From the human T2T-CHM13v2.0 reference genome, Homo sapiens, in assembly GCF_009914755.1 (NCBI RefSeq), contig NC_060929.1: 64,000 nt of DNA; one strand, written 5' to 3'. Both the position numbers and the translations under genes were made by a program. Each line of letters begins with the position of its first letter. Positions within the stretch are counted from its first letter, which is position 1. Of the stretch, positions 16,026 through 29,200 are shown one piece after another. The notes under the pieces are model-generated. The model saw only the letters and a list, made by a program, of their open reading frames with translations. It did no database searches and had not been told where the DNA came from.

Positions 16026-16158
16026 TAAATCATTTTAATAATATATCTTATTATTAACCAAGTTATTCACATGTCATCATTTTAACTTGTAGTACTAGCC
16101 TCACTGCGTGTGCTCAATACCCACATATGACTGGTGGCTCCTGTATTGAACAGCACAG
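16026..16158 (-). mobile_element. MER33, right portion
   Basis: 'ttttaataatatatc...gtgctcaatacccacatatgactggtggctcctgtattgaacagcacag', followed by tcctagaa (TSD). Confidence 0.8.
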
Positions 16159-16779
16159 TCCTAGAAATCCCTTCACTGGTGCTCAGATGTTGATTAGTGG
16201 TCTCTCCTAATGATGAAAGACATACTGAGAGATAGTCTATTATCCTCTAAAGTGGCACCCTTCTGAGAAATTTTAAGAGTATTTTTGACTATGACTACTT
16301 TGAAAATATTTGTTAAATTTAGACAAAAATCCTGTGAAAGTTGTGAAATATTTTAACTCCAACCAAGAGTTTGTGGGAGGCATATCCCATTAAGGTGACA
16401 TTTAAGATGGCAGTTTTATTTTGAGGAATCTCTCTGTTTTGTCCAGATCAATGTTTTTAACTTGCACAGAATTTGGGAATAAGGCAACGCCTAGTTGGGG
16501 GAGACATATAGAGAAGAAGAGAAAAGTGAGAGGAGCGTCAAAGGCCTATTGTAGGGTCATTAAGGCAGTCGGTTTAGGAAAACAGAATGTAGTTTTCCTA
16601 AAGTATCTGGAGATACTCCCAAAGGCCATTGCTGAATAGAAACAGATCAATTTTTTTTGTCTATGGGTAGGGAAAAAAGCTGCAAAAGTGTGGGTGGAAA
16701 GGTGTCCTTTCTGAGGTTTAAGATAGAACCTAGTTTTTTTTTTTTGAAGAAAATACAAATGATTTTTGATTTAATGCAG

Positions 16780-17000
16780 TGTGAAGACTGAGAAATAATA
16801 GGAGATGAAGTTGAAAAGTTGGCAAAGGCTAAAACTGTGAAGGACTGTATACATCATGCTAAATAACTGAGATTATAACTGGCATATTGGAAGTATATTT
16901 GCTTTTTGGAAAACCACTGGCTTTACTGTGCAAGGTGGTTTGAAGAAGGGTAAGACTGGAAGCAGTTGGATCCACTGGGGTCTACATCTATAGCTCTAGT
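16780..17000 (-). mobile_element. L2 fragment
   Basis: 'ggagatgaagttgaaaagttggcaaaggc...ggtaagactggaagcag' is L2-like. Confidence 0.5.
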
Positions 17001-18044
17001 GAAAGATAATACAACTAAAATTCTGGTGGGAGGGCTCCAAAGGATGTGGGTGGATGACATACATGTTATGAGGCAGAAAAAAGCAGAGCTTAGAGAATAA
17101 CAGGTTGGAAATTTGTGTGCTGCTAAGCATGTTTGTTGCTAGGGATGTAGTCTCTTTTTGTTGTACAATCAGTGCAAAAGACATCAGGCTTATTAAGAAC
17201 TTGGATTTTAAATAGAATTAATTTATTTTATTCTAAAAGACCAAGGATAAATCACATAAATCCTCTAATAAATTCCCAAATCAGAGAGCATCCACACCTT
17301 TTTTAGCATTAAGCTTTTCAAATTTTAGCTTTTAGTGAGGAAAGCTTAATGCTAGATTTCCACAATCTAGTCCTGCCTTTATTTTGATAGACTCAATTTA
17401 ATAAATTTATTGATATTTATTTCTACAGTCACGTCATAGGCATTTTGGATGGATGCTGCTTTTGTAAGGCAGGGTTGTGAGTTGCATTGAAAGTAAGTAA
17501 AAGCGATCTGCTCTCTTTCTGTAAATAACACTGTTTTTGCCATGCAGTATTCACCTTCCTTATGTTTAGGTAAAACAAATACCACTTTTTCTACTGAACA
17601 TTATGATGACAAATAAGACGTGACTTAGATGCTTCATGTCCAAAACCATAGTGGTGGAGTACTGAGTGGACCTTTAGGGAACCACGTATGATGCCTTGTG
17701 GGAAGGACAGAATTTTCTACAGTGGACCTCTCTTAGAATTATAGCTGTGTGGAATGCAGTTACAGAGTTCCAGCAGGGATGAGGAAATTAAAAATAATCC
17801 CAAGAGGCTCTAGAATAGTAGGAGTAAGTATGGCAATGCCATTTAAGTGGTACTTATTTCTCAAGTGGATGGCAGTTTTGCTTATTGAGACGCCTAGTGC
17901 AAGCTGGGTTTGAAAGGAAATGACCCAGTTTTCCAGATCAACAAATAGCTGGAACTTGAACTCTCTCTGATAAATGTATGCATGAGCCTGTTTGTGCTGA
18001 GCATAGGGAAAAAGAGTAGTGCTAGCATGGCATTTCAAAAAACA

Positions 18045-18230
18045 ATAGGATTTAACATCAGACAGATATGGATTTAAATCTCAAATCATTATTTGCTTGC
18101 TGTATGCCACTGAAGGATTTACTTTATGGGGAAAATGGTATGAAGCTATTGAGACTACCAGAAGGATCCTGTGAAATATATACTATAGCTTCGGGTACAA
18201 TGTCTGGCAGAAAGTGTGTGGTCAACATGT
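18045..18230 (+). mobile_element. MIR
   Basis: 'atcagacagatatggatttaaatc...acaatgtctggcagaaagtgtgtggtcaacatgtt'. Confidence 0.5.
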
Positions 18231-18950
18231 TGTGTTTCTGTTTTTCTGAACCTGGGAAGATATAAATCTATGCCTCTGTTGCCTCTCATTTTTATCATTA
18301 ACTCTAATTATCCCAAAATACATACTCATTGTAGTTATAAAATATAGGCAAGTCAAAAAAAAATAAAGGGGGATTGTTATCCATATTTGCTTCTTTAGGA
18401 AATAACCTAGTTAATGTATTATATACCTTTCCACATAGTATTGACACACACCCACACCCACACTTGTTTGTTTAAAAAAAAGCAAGAATAGGTTTATATT
18501 GTACATAGAACTTTATAATCTATTTTCAACAAATATACATGTATATAATATTTAGTATGCAAATTCACAAGTATACATAAAAATAAAGAGACAGTATAAT
18601 GGATCCCTGTAATATATTCACTAATATATAGGTATAGCTACATTTTGGTTCTCTTACCCTGCCTCACTTTTATTTTTTGTTTGTAGCTGAGGTATTTTAA
18701 AGACAGTCCAAAAATTATATAATCCCCTGTATACTTCAGTATGTATCTCTAAAATACCAGGACATTTTCTCACATCATCATAAACGAAGCATTACACCTA
18801 ACAAAATTACCTTTTAAAGTTTGAATTAGTATTGAAAATAACCAATGTAACAATTTTTTGTGTCTCTTATGTATATTTAAACCTAGCACAATGATCTTTA
18901 CCTTTAACTTTTCAATGTCATTGATTTACTAAAGAAAATTGGTCAGTTGT

Positions 18951-19449
18951 TGAGGTTGGCAGATTAATGGCCCTGAAAGATGTTCTATCCTAATTCTCAG
19001 AACCTGTGAATATGTTACATTACATAAGAAATGGATTTTTTAGATGTGATAAAATTAAAAACCTTCAGGTGGAGATTATCCTGGATTATCCAGATGGGCC
19101 CAATATAATTAATCACAAGAGTCCTAAAGTGAAAGAGAAAGACACAAGAGGAAAGTTAGAGAGAAATGAGATTGCAGTAGAATGGTCAGAGGGATGCAAC
19201 TTTTCTGGCTTTGAAGATAAAGGAAGTGGATCATGAATCAAGGAATGTGAGTGGTCTCTATTACATGGATAAAACAAAGAAACAGATTTTTTCAATAGAG
19301 ACTCCAAAAAGAGTTATAGCCCTGACAATACCTTGATTTTTGCCCAGTGAGACTCATTTCAAACTTCTAACCTACAGAACTGTAAGACAACAAAGTTTGT
19401 GTTGGTCACTAAATCTTTTGTAATATGCTGCCCATAGAAAATCAGTACA
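18951..19449 (+). mobile_element. MLT1D-like MaLR solo LTR
   Basis: 'cagaacctgtgaatatgttac...gattatcctggattatccagatgggccc...cctacagaactgtaag'; TSD gttgt/gttga. Confidence 0.88.
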
Positions 19450-20000
19450 GTTGACTGACAAAGTATTCCACTGTGAGTTAGTTTGTTTCTTTGTGATGTT
19501 GATGAACTTTTCCTCTTTATTTGTATTTATTGTAATATATTTTAGCTCTAGAAGCTTGAGTGCATTTAGATTAGACATTTCTTTTCCTGGAAAACACATC
19601 ACAGGTGGTGTTTTCAGTTTTATAGTGCATACAGTCATACAATGTTAAATGTCTACATTTCGTACGCTTAGGAGGGCTGAGACTGATCATTCGGTTCAAG
19701 TGGTGGCAACTTTATTCTTTCATTATAAGGTTCCCAATTAACATTTTATTAATAAACACTGCCTGAATCAATGATTTTAACAGCAATTGTAAATATTGAT
19801 TTTTAAAATTTCATCATTCCATATTTATTTGTTAGAATTTAACTTAAAGAATTTTCTTCTATCAACTCAGATGATTTGGTAAAACTAAAATAATTTGTGC
19901 AGAAGATCACAATCAATATCTTTTTTTTTCTTTTAAATGTCAAGTTTTAGAATAAGGAGTTGGTGCTATGGTTATCCTGATGGTGTAAAATTAGTCAGAT

Positions 20001-20078
20001 TTCTTCCTTCCTTCCTTTTTTTCCTTCCTTTCCTTTTTTACTCCTTCCTTCCTTCCTTCATTCCTTCCTTCCTTCCTT
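20001..20078. repeat. (TTCC)n microsatellite
   Basis: Direct reading. Confidence 0.9.
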
Positions 20079-20850
20079 GTTAAAAATAGCACTATGAACT
20101 CCTAGGTCTTTAAAATATTAATGTGTTTGATCAGTTGTATTCATTAATTTATTATTTATTTGTACACTGAATTGTTCACGGCCCTTTCATGTTGGCTCTA
20201 TGCCATTTTCACCAGAGCCAAATTACTTGATAGCTTCTTTTCTCAGTAATAACAGAACATCACAGTCTGATCTTGTCTATTTCTTATCCCAGGTCTGTAA
20301 TCAGCCATTCCTCCAATCACATATTGTGATATACATTTTGCCCATTATTCCATTTCATACATAATTATTATTATTTATTGAACTAATTCTCTACAATTGG
20401 ACATTTAGATTATTTTCACTTGTTTTATATTTGTGTTCTCTGAAATGTAAGTAGGTACACTGAAATTAAAATATAACTTGTGATTATGTCTTAACTGTTT
20501 TGAGATATTAATTTTTGAAACAAATGACTATATTCATGTAACATGATATTTTTGTGGTTCTCTTTATGTGGTAGATATTGTGTTAGGCATTACAGAAATT
20601 AAAAGAACATAAGGCAGAGCCCTGGCTCTTTAGAATCAAACCTTGCAATTTGATTAATAAAGATACAATATATCTCTTAAGGATAAACTGTAAACATGCT
20701 AATAAAGATAATTTATTCATTTCAAAGTTTCTTGACTTCCTGTAGAAAACAGTAACCCTCTACCAACTGCCAAATTTTGAAATACATATGGTTACTTTAG
20801 AATCCATTATATGAGTCCTAGTAATTAGGTCAATGAATTAGAGAAAACAT

Positions 20851-21387
20851 TGTCAAAGAAAAATTGCAGTGGGCAAAGTTAAATGGGCAAGAAAGACTTT
20901 ATTCAAGATATTCCAACTGGGAAAGAGATTGAACATCATACCATTGCATCAAAGGTCTAAAGTTCTATGAATTGTGGTGGAGTGAGGGGAAAATCTTAGG
21001 CCACCTGTATTCACTAACAGGGTCTTGCCCAAAAGAAAACTTTCTAATATCTTAATGAAGACTGAAGCAAGGTGCCTACCAAAGTTAGGCACCCACCCTT
21101 TCTAAGATACTGAGATGTAAAAGACTTATCTTCATGAAAAATTACATTTCAAATAGGTGGTTCCTAGATACTTGAATATGACATTCCCTCTGTCTTAAAG
21201 ATGCCAAGAAGCTTAACTATGGCAAATCTGTTAAAGAAATTTATATGCACAAGAAGGCAGGTAAAAAATTTGCAATTAAGTAATCTAGAGTAAATGCTGT
21301 AAGAAAAGGAAAGTCAGGGGCCTATATTTAGAAAGAAATTTAACTGAAATTTAGTAAAGCTGAGGAAGCATTAAGGTTATCTTGGTA
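20851..21387 (-). mobile_element. MER67/MER31-like ERV1 LTR
   Basis: 'tgtcaaagaaaaattgcagtgggcaaagttaaatgggcaagaaagactttattcaag...ttaaggttatcttggta'. Confidence 0.7.
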
Positions 21388-21650
21388 TTTCATAACACAA
21401 ACTTGTATAAATGACATTATTTGCCAATGAATTGTATACTACAAAGGGAATCTGATTTCAACCCTCTTTTCTATCATAATATATTTTCTGTCAATATCCT
21501 TGTTGATCTGTCTTTCCTGATAATCTGATGTGCTAAATATCTGAGGACACAATGAAAAGACAATGCAAACTAATTGCAAATTAAATAATTTTACTTAATG
21601 AAGGTGGTATTAAGCTCAAGCTAAAAAGGCACTGACAAAATTATAGTAGA

Positions 21651-21921
21651 GGCTAGGCTCAGTGGCTCAGGCCTGTAGTCCCAGCACTTTGGGAGGCCAC
21701 GGCGAGTGGATCGCTTGAGGTCAGGAGTTCAAGACCAGCCTGGCCAACATGATGAAACCCTGTCTTTACCAAAAATATAAAAATTAGCTGGACATTGTGG
21801 TGGGCATCTGTAATCTCAGCTACTCAAAAGGCTGAGGAAGGAGAATCGCTTGAAGCTGGGAGGTGGAGGTTGCAGTGAGCCTGGGCAATAAGAGCGAAAC
21901 TCCATCTCAAAAAAAAAAAAA
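21651..21921 (+). mobile_element. AluS with a deletion of about 25 bp in the right arm
   Basis: 'gtgagc|ctgggcaataagag' junction at agcc microhomology; TSD aaaattatagtaga/aaaattataacaga. Confidence 0.95.
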
Positions 21922-22277
21922 TTATAACAGAGATAGGCCAACTAACCATTGAAAAAGAAAATTGGCAAGAGTGTTGACATAATTGGGCTTCAGTAGAGAA
22001 TAATTAAAATATCAATAGATTAAGGAAGACTTGAAAATTTAATAAAAATGATTAACAAAAACATAGTGAAAATAAAGTCAAATGCAAAATCATTAATGTA
22101 GATTTATGCTATCACATAAATTGCCAGAAAAAGATACCATAAATATAAGTAATTGAACCATTATTTTAAAAAATAACATAAAGATTTAATATAATCAATG
22201 CAAGATAAGCATATTTTCCTAATGTTAGTTTCATTTGTAAATGTAAAGATCTTATTAATCATTTTGCTTACCATTAA

Positions 22278-22394
22278 TATTCACAGGGATTTTTGTCCAT
22301 TTGATGTGGACTAACTTGTATCTATATCAGTTATTCACAGGATTTTTGTCCATCTTATGCGGACTAACTTGTATCTATATCGGTTTTTCACAGG
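22278..22394. repeat. Tandem duplication, 53-54-bp unit, about 2.2 copies
   Basis: 'tattcacagg(g)atttttgtccat...ggactaacttgtatctatatc' at 22278 and 22332. Confidence 0.92.
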
Positions 22395-23814
22395 TAAGAA
22401 AAGATTCTTATTTTCCAAATGAGAAAATTTTAACAAATATTGAAATTTTGGTAATAGATGCAGAATAAAGGATAAGACAGAAGCTAGACTACTTTCTTTA
22501 GAAAATTAAGTGGAGCTATGCTTTTCATGGAATATTTTAAATCTGCACAAAACAATACTGTATATTGCTATAGGTGCATTTACACAATGATAAGCACAAC
22601 TTCAAGGTGGTGATTTGGGGAAGGGTTTGAGTCGGAGGAAGTAAAGGATAGTGGTGGTGGAGCAATAACATATCTAATATCTTATTTTTAAAAAACAAAT
22701 ACATATGACACAAGGTTAACCTCTGAAAGAAAAAGAAACAGTTCTTTAAATTTAAATGTTTCTGTCTTTACTTTTGCTAAAATTGTGATTAATTTCTTAA
22801 ATTTCTGTTTTCTTCACTAGAATGTAGTCTTTTAGAGGGAAGAAATGATGTCATATTCATTTTTGCATTGTTACCCTTGTTTAACCCAGCAATTTGCAAA
22901 TAATAGCTATTTCTAATTCCATACTGCATTGAATTGGAAAGTTTTTAAGTTGTGAATTTAAGACTTATAATAATTTAAGTGAATTTGACATTTAAGATAC
23001 CTTTTAAAATTTTCCTAATTTGTATAAAACAAATAATTAGTAAATTCAATTATGTTGATTAAACATAGAACAATAGTGATGGTTTTATTTTATAGAATAT
23101 TTAATTTTGCTTTTTTCAATAAGAAAAATGCTTTCTTTCTTTCTCTCTCTCTCTCTCTCAGCTTCCAGTGGTACAAAGTAAGTAAAATTGCCCTGGTACC
23201 AAATGGTACTTATCAAAACAAGAGAAAGAATAATTTTAATTTTCAAAAACAGTAAACAAATTGTATCTGTAATTCAAACAGCTTTGAACTGACACTCCCT
23301 GCCAGAACTTCCTCTAGAGCATAGGTTTTACACTGTGGTGAGAAGGTGACATCATAGAGATCCCAATGGCCACGCTCAATGCCTCAACAATGCCTCAGGG
23401 TTTAATGACAGCTCTTTCACAATAAAATAGTTAAAGCTTTTTCAATTCTCCAGTATTCTGTAAGAGGTTAGCAAATAGATCAAGACTTCTTTTAATACAA
23501 ACCTTTTGGAATCATACCTATCTGTCTATCTGCTTGTATTTATATATCAAATACTTACTCTGCAACAATGATACAATGTTTTGATTAAAGAAAAATTTAT
23601 TGATCGTTTTTGTCTTTAGGAAATTCATTCTTTATAAATGCATTACACTTGGTTATGAACTATTTTAAGCAATCAGACATTTAGAGAAAATATTATTTCA
23701 AACGTCTGTATGTCTCTCACCCAGATTTTTAAAATGAGACTTTTTAATTCTTGGAATCCAGTAGTTAATAGCACTTACGAGGCTTCAACTTCTCAACTCA
23801 TCTAGACTTCCAGC

Positions 23815-23940
23815 TTCTTTGAGAAAGCTGATGACAGCTATGAATTCTCTCTCAGAAAAATTTGCACATGTATGAAATGTTATATCCCATATCAGAGTGT
23901 TTATGAATTGTCCAAAGTCCAAGGTAAGAACTTGTGCTAT
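23815..23940. mobile_element. hAT-Charlie MITE fragment
   Basis: 'tttgagaaagctgatgacagctatgaattctctctcagaaaaa...ggtaagaacttgtg' resembles a Charlie-family end. Confidence 0.5.
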
Positions 23941-25111
23941 AAAAAGAACCTTTTCTGGATTAACTATTGTGAATAAACTTCAGAGCTTCCATAGACACAA
24001 TTATTTTATAAAACATAAGTGAGTCCGTAATAATACAAGGCAGCCGGTTGTTTAGAAAATCAAGATTCAAAATTATAGAATTTTAAAATAACTGAGATAA
24101 TTTAAAAATATTGTTTGAATAACTAGTTATATCATTTCAAGTAACTTCTTGGTACTAAAATAAAATCCAGAAACTTGTTGCAAGTAGTGTGCAACACTGT
24201 CATGTGTGTGCGTGTGTGCGTGTGCGTGTGTGCACAAGTTATTTGAGGGTATCCTCTTATAGACTACGAAAACTAGGGAGAGTAGAGGTGAAAATACATC
24301 TCTTCTATCATGTTCAGCTCAGTTAAGCCACCATAGTTTCTACATTAAGCCACTGTGGGAAACACAAAGGAAATAAAGGTGAATAGGTATTTTTAAATAA
24401 AGTTGTATTTTTTTCAATATTATATAATACAATTTTGCTACCTCAAAAAATGTTTACTTTTCAGTAAACATTTCAGATTAGTTGAATTTGACTTCCCAAA
24501 TATGAGTCACTTATTCTATAATGAAAGCCAATTAATTAGCTAATTAGTTATTACTGTGTTAGATCCAGAGGGTACATGTCCAGGTTTGTTACATTGATGT
24601 ATTACATAATGGTAAGGTTTGAGCTTATAGTGTACTCATCATGCAAATTGTGAATATTGTACCCAACATAATTTTTCAGCTCTCATCCCCCTCCCACCCT
24701 CTTCCCTTTTGGAGTGCCCAGTGCCTATTATTTTCACTTTTATTTCCATGTTTACCCAATGTTTAGTTCTTAAACATAAGTGAGAACATGTGGTATTTGA
24801 TTTTCTGTTTCTGAGTATTTTCACTTATGATAATGGCTTCTAGCTTCATCCATGTTGCTGCAAAGGATGTTATTTTATTTATTTTACGGCGGCATATTAT
24901 TCCATAGTGTATATATACACCACATTTTCTTTATCTAATCATCAACTGATGGACACTTAGGTTGATTCCATGATGTCACTATTGTGAATAGTTCTGTGGT
25001 AAACATATGAGTGCAAGTGTCTTTATATATAATATATATATAATTGTTTCTTTACCTTTGGGTAGATACTCAGTAGTGAGATGGCTAGGTTGAATAGTGG
25101 TTCTAATTTAG

Positions 25112-25456
25112 TCCTGGGTTCAAGTGATTCTCCTGCCTCAGCCTCCCGAGGAACTAGGAGTACAGACACCCACCATCACACTCAGCTAATTTTTCTATTT
25201 TTAGTAGAGACAGGGTTCACCATACTGGCGAGGCTGGTCTAGAACTCTTTACCTTAAGTGATCCACCTGCCTTGGTCTCCCAAAATGCTGGGATTACAGG
25301 TGCCCACCACCATCCCTGGCTAATTTTTGTATTTTTAGTAGAGACGGGGTTTCACCATGTTGGCCAGTCTGGTCTTGAACTCCTGACCTCAAGTGAGCCA
25401 CCAGCCTTGGCCTCCCGAAGTGCTGGGATGACAGATGTGAGCCACCGTGCCCAACC
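25112..25456 (-). mobile_element. Fused Alu with two left arms and no tail
   Basis: Partial right arm plus left arm, joined at gctgggattacagg (25287-25300) to a second right-arm start plus left arm. Confidence 0.9.
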
Positions 25457-25998
25457 CCAGAACGATTTAATGAATTTGGTGTGCTTTCCTTATTGTTCAT
25501 TTTTGTCAACCTGGTCAAAGATCAGTTTGTTGTAGGTGCGTGGCTTTGTTTCTGCATCACATATTCTGTTCCATTGATCTATGTGTTTATTTTTGTACCA
25601 ACGCCATGTTGTTTTGGTTGCCTTATTATATTGTTTGAAGTTAGGTAATGTGATGCCTCTAGCTTAGTGCTTTTTGCTTAGGATTGTTTTGGATATTTAG
25701 GCATTTTTTTGGCTCCAAGGGAATTTTAGAATTGTTTTTCCAATTCTGTGAAAAACGGTGTTGGTAATTTGATAGGAATTGCATTGAATCTATAGATTGC
25801 TTTGGGCAGTATGGTCATCTTAATGATAATAATTCATCCAATACTTGAGTGTGGGAGGTTTTTCCATTTGCTTGTGTCATCTAAAATTTTTTCATCCATG
25901 TTTTATGGTAGTTCTTGCAGAGATTTTTCACCTTCTTGGTAAAATATATTCTTAGATATATATTTTTTGTAGCTATTATAAATTGGGTTGAGTTCTTG

Positions 25999-26260
25999 AT
26001 TTGGTTCTCAGCTTGAGAACCAAATTATTAGATTATAGGATTTCTATACCCCAAAAACCAATTATTGGATAGGATTTCTATACACCAATAACAAATTATT
26101 CTATATACCAATAACCAATTATTCTATATACCAATAACCAATTATTCTATATACCAATAACCAACGTATAAAAATCAGTAGGATTTCCATACACCAATAA
26201 GCAATGTTGTATGGAAATGGTTATTGGCGTATAGAAATTCTATTAATTTTTGTACATTGA
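25999..26260. repeat. Fold-back and 23-bp tandem array inside L1
   Basis: Perfect 12-bp hairpin 25999-26025; 'ctatataccaataaccaattatt' repeats; 40-bp inverted repeat 26161-26200 / 26221-26260. Confidence 0.9.
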
Positions 26261-29200
26261 CTTTTATATGCTGAAACTTTACTGAAGTAATTTATCAGGT
26301 TTAGGAGTCTTTTAGAGGAGTCTTCAGGGTTTTCTAGGTGTAAGATCATGTCATCAGTGAACAGAGATAATTGTATTTTCTTTTTTCCATTTGGATGCCT
26401 TGTTGCCTGATTGATCTGGTAGAACTTCTAAAACTACGTTAAATAGGAGTATTGAGTGTGGACATCTTTGCCTTGTCCCAGTTCCTAGGCAGAATGCTTT
26501 CAACATTTCTTCATTCAGTGTAATGTTGACTATGGGTTTGTCATATATAGCTCTTATTATTATAGGGTATGTTCCTTTAATGTCTAATATGTTGAAATTT
26601 TTTTTATCATGAAGGGAATGTTGAATTTTAATGAATTATTTCTGCATCTATTGAGATGGTCACATAGTTTTTCTTTTTAATTCTGCTTATGTGGTGAATC
26701 CCATTTATGGATTTGTGCATGTTGAACTATCCTTGCATCTCTTGATTAAAGCCCACTTGATCATGATGTATTATCTTGTTGATGTTCTATTGGATTCTGT
26801 TTACTAGTATATAGTTGAGGATTCTTGCATCTATGTTCATCAGGAATGTTGGCCTGTAGTTTTCTTTTTTGTGTGTCCTTGTGGATTTTGGTATCAGGAT
26901 AATACTGATTTCCTAGAATAATTTAACGAGGAGTCCTTTCACCTCATTTTTTTTTTAATAGTTGCAGATTGGTAAAAGCTTTTCTTTGTACATCTGGTAA
27001 AATTCATCTATGAATCTTTCTGGTCCTGGGCTTTGGTTTTGGGGAAATTTATTATTATTGATTCAATATCACTACTCATTACTGGTCTGTTCAGGGTGTC
27101 TATTTCTTCCTGGTTCAATCTTGGGAGCCTGTATGTTTCAAGAAATGTACTCATTTTCTCTAGGTTTTGTAGTTTGTGATTGTACAGATGCTCACAGTAG
27201 TCTCTGACGGTCTTTGTATTTCTGTGGTATCAGTTGTAATGTCACCTTTATTATTTTAGATTGTGCTTATTTGAATTTTTTCTCTTATTTTATTGGTTAA
27301 TCCAGACAGTGGTCTATCAATTTTGTTTATCTTTCTAAAGAGCTAACTTCTCATTTAATTGATACTTTGTATCATTTTTTGGTGTCAATCTCATTTAGTT
27401 CTGTTCCGATCTTTGTTATTCGTTTCCTTTTGCTTGCCTTTGGTTTGGTTTGTTCTTATTTTTCTAGTTCCTTGACACACAATTTTAGCCTGTTAATTTG
27501 AGATCTTGCCATCTTTTTGATGTAGGCATTTAATACTATAAACCTTCCTCTTAGCACTGCTTTTGGTGTATCCCAGAAATTTTACTATTGTGTGTCTCTA
27601 TTTTCATTCATTTCAAACACTATTTTGAGTTCTGTTTAATTTCATTGTTTACCCAAAAGTCATTCAAAAGAAAGTTGTTTAATGTCCATGTACTTGTATA
27701 TTTTTGAGAGTTCCTGTTGACATTGATTTCTAGTTTTATTGCACTGTAGTCTGAGAAGATACTTGATATGATTTTGATTTTTATAAATTTATTAAGACTT
27801 GCTATATGGCCAAGTATATTGCCAATTTTGGAGACTGTTCTATGTGCAGATGACAAAATGTATATTCTGCTGCTGTTGGGTAGAATTTTTTGTAAATGTC
27901 TATTAGGTCCATTAGGTATAGGGTCCACTTTAAGTCCAGAGTCTCTTTGTTGATTTTCTACCTCAATGATCTGTTTAGTGCTGTCAGTGGGGTTTCAAAG
28001 TCCTCCACTATTATTGTATTGCTATCTATTTTCACAGGTCTAGTAGTATTTGTTTTATAAATCTGTTCGCTTTGGTGTTTGTGTATGTATATATGTATAT
28101 ATATATATATATTTAGGACAGTTAAATCTTCTTGTTGAATATTTTATCACTATATTATGACCTTCTTTGTCTTTTTATACTGTTGTTAACTTAAAGTCTG
28201 TTTTATCTGATATAAAAATAGTTATTCCTTCTTGCTTTTGTTTTCTATGTGCTTCATATCTATTTTTGCACCACTTTACTTTGAGCCTGTGTATTTCTTC
28301 AGATGGTTAGGTCTTGTTTTTATCCAGTTTTACAGCTTAGATCATTTAAGTGGAGTATCTAGGCTATTTATGTTCGAGGTTGATATGAATATGTGAAGTT
28401 TTGTTTCTGTCATAGTGTTGTTGTCAGCTATTTCTTTTGTAATCTCAGTTGTATAACTGCTTTATAGAATCTATGAACTTTATTTTGGCATGTGCTTTTA
28501 TAATGGCAAGTATCATCCTTTTATTTCCATGTTTAAAATTCCTTTGAGAATGGTGACAAATTCCCTTAGCATTTTCTTGTCTAGGAAAGTCTTTATTTCT
28601 CCATCATTTATGAAGTTTACTTTGGCATGGTATAAAATTGTTGAATGACTTTTTGGAAATAAGTTGAATGAAAACTAAAGATAGGCTCATAATCTCTTCC
28701 AGTTTGTAAGGTTTCTACTGAACAGTTTATTGTAGACTTATATGATTTTCCTTATTGGTGATTTGATCCTTTTCTCTAGTTGCCGTTAAGATTTTTTCTT
28801 TCACAATGACCTTGGATAGTCTGATGACTATATGCCTTGCTGATGTTCATCTCATAGAGTTTCTTCCAGGTATTCTCCAAATTTCTTATATATGAATCTC
28901 TACATCTCTAGCAAGCTTGAGGAAATTTTCTTGAATTATTTCCTCAAATAGGTTGTCAATTTTTTTAAACTTTTTCTTCTTTTCACTCAAGAACGCCTAT
29001 AAGGCATAGGTTTGTTCACTTCACGTAGTCCCAAATTTCCTAAGATTTTTTCATTTGTTAACATTATTTTTTCTTTATTTTATTCCGAGTTCATTTGAGA
29101 GACCAGTTTTCAAGACCTGAAATTCTTTCTTCTGCTTCATCTAACCTATCTTTAATGCTTTCAACAATATTTCAAAATAGCTTCAGAGATGTTTTTATTT

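Larger units (their letters stand above)
18530..20320 (-). mobile_element. L1MC4/L1ME-like 3' region interrupted by MLT1D and (TTCC)n
   Basis: 'atacttcagtatgtatctctaaaa..ggacattttc' and 'atcagccattcctccaa' L1M motifs. Confidence 0.6.

Noticed and set aside
23361-23375. CCAAT..CCACG resembling an ER-stress element
   Set aside because: Spacing is 2 nt rather than the required 9, and it does not match ERSE-II
26040-26200. Short repeats with variable interspaces resembling a CRISPR array
   Set aside because: Primate DNA, no unique spacers, no cas genes; units are inverted copies of the adjacent L1
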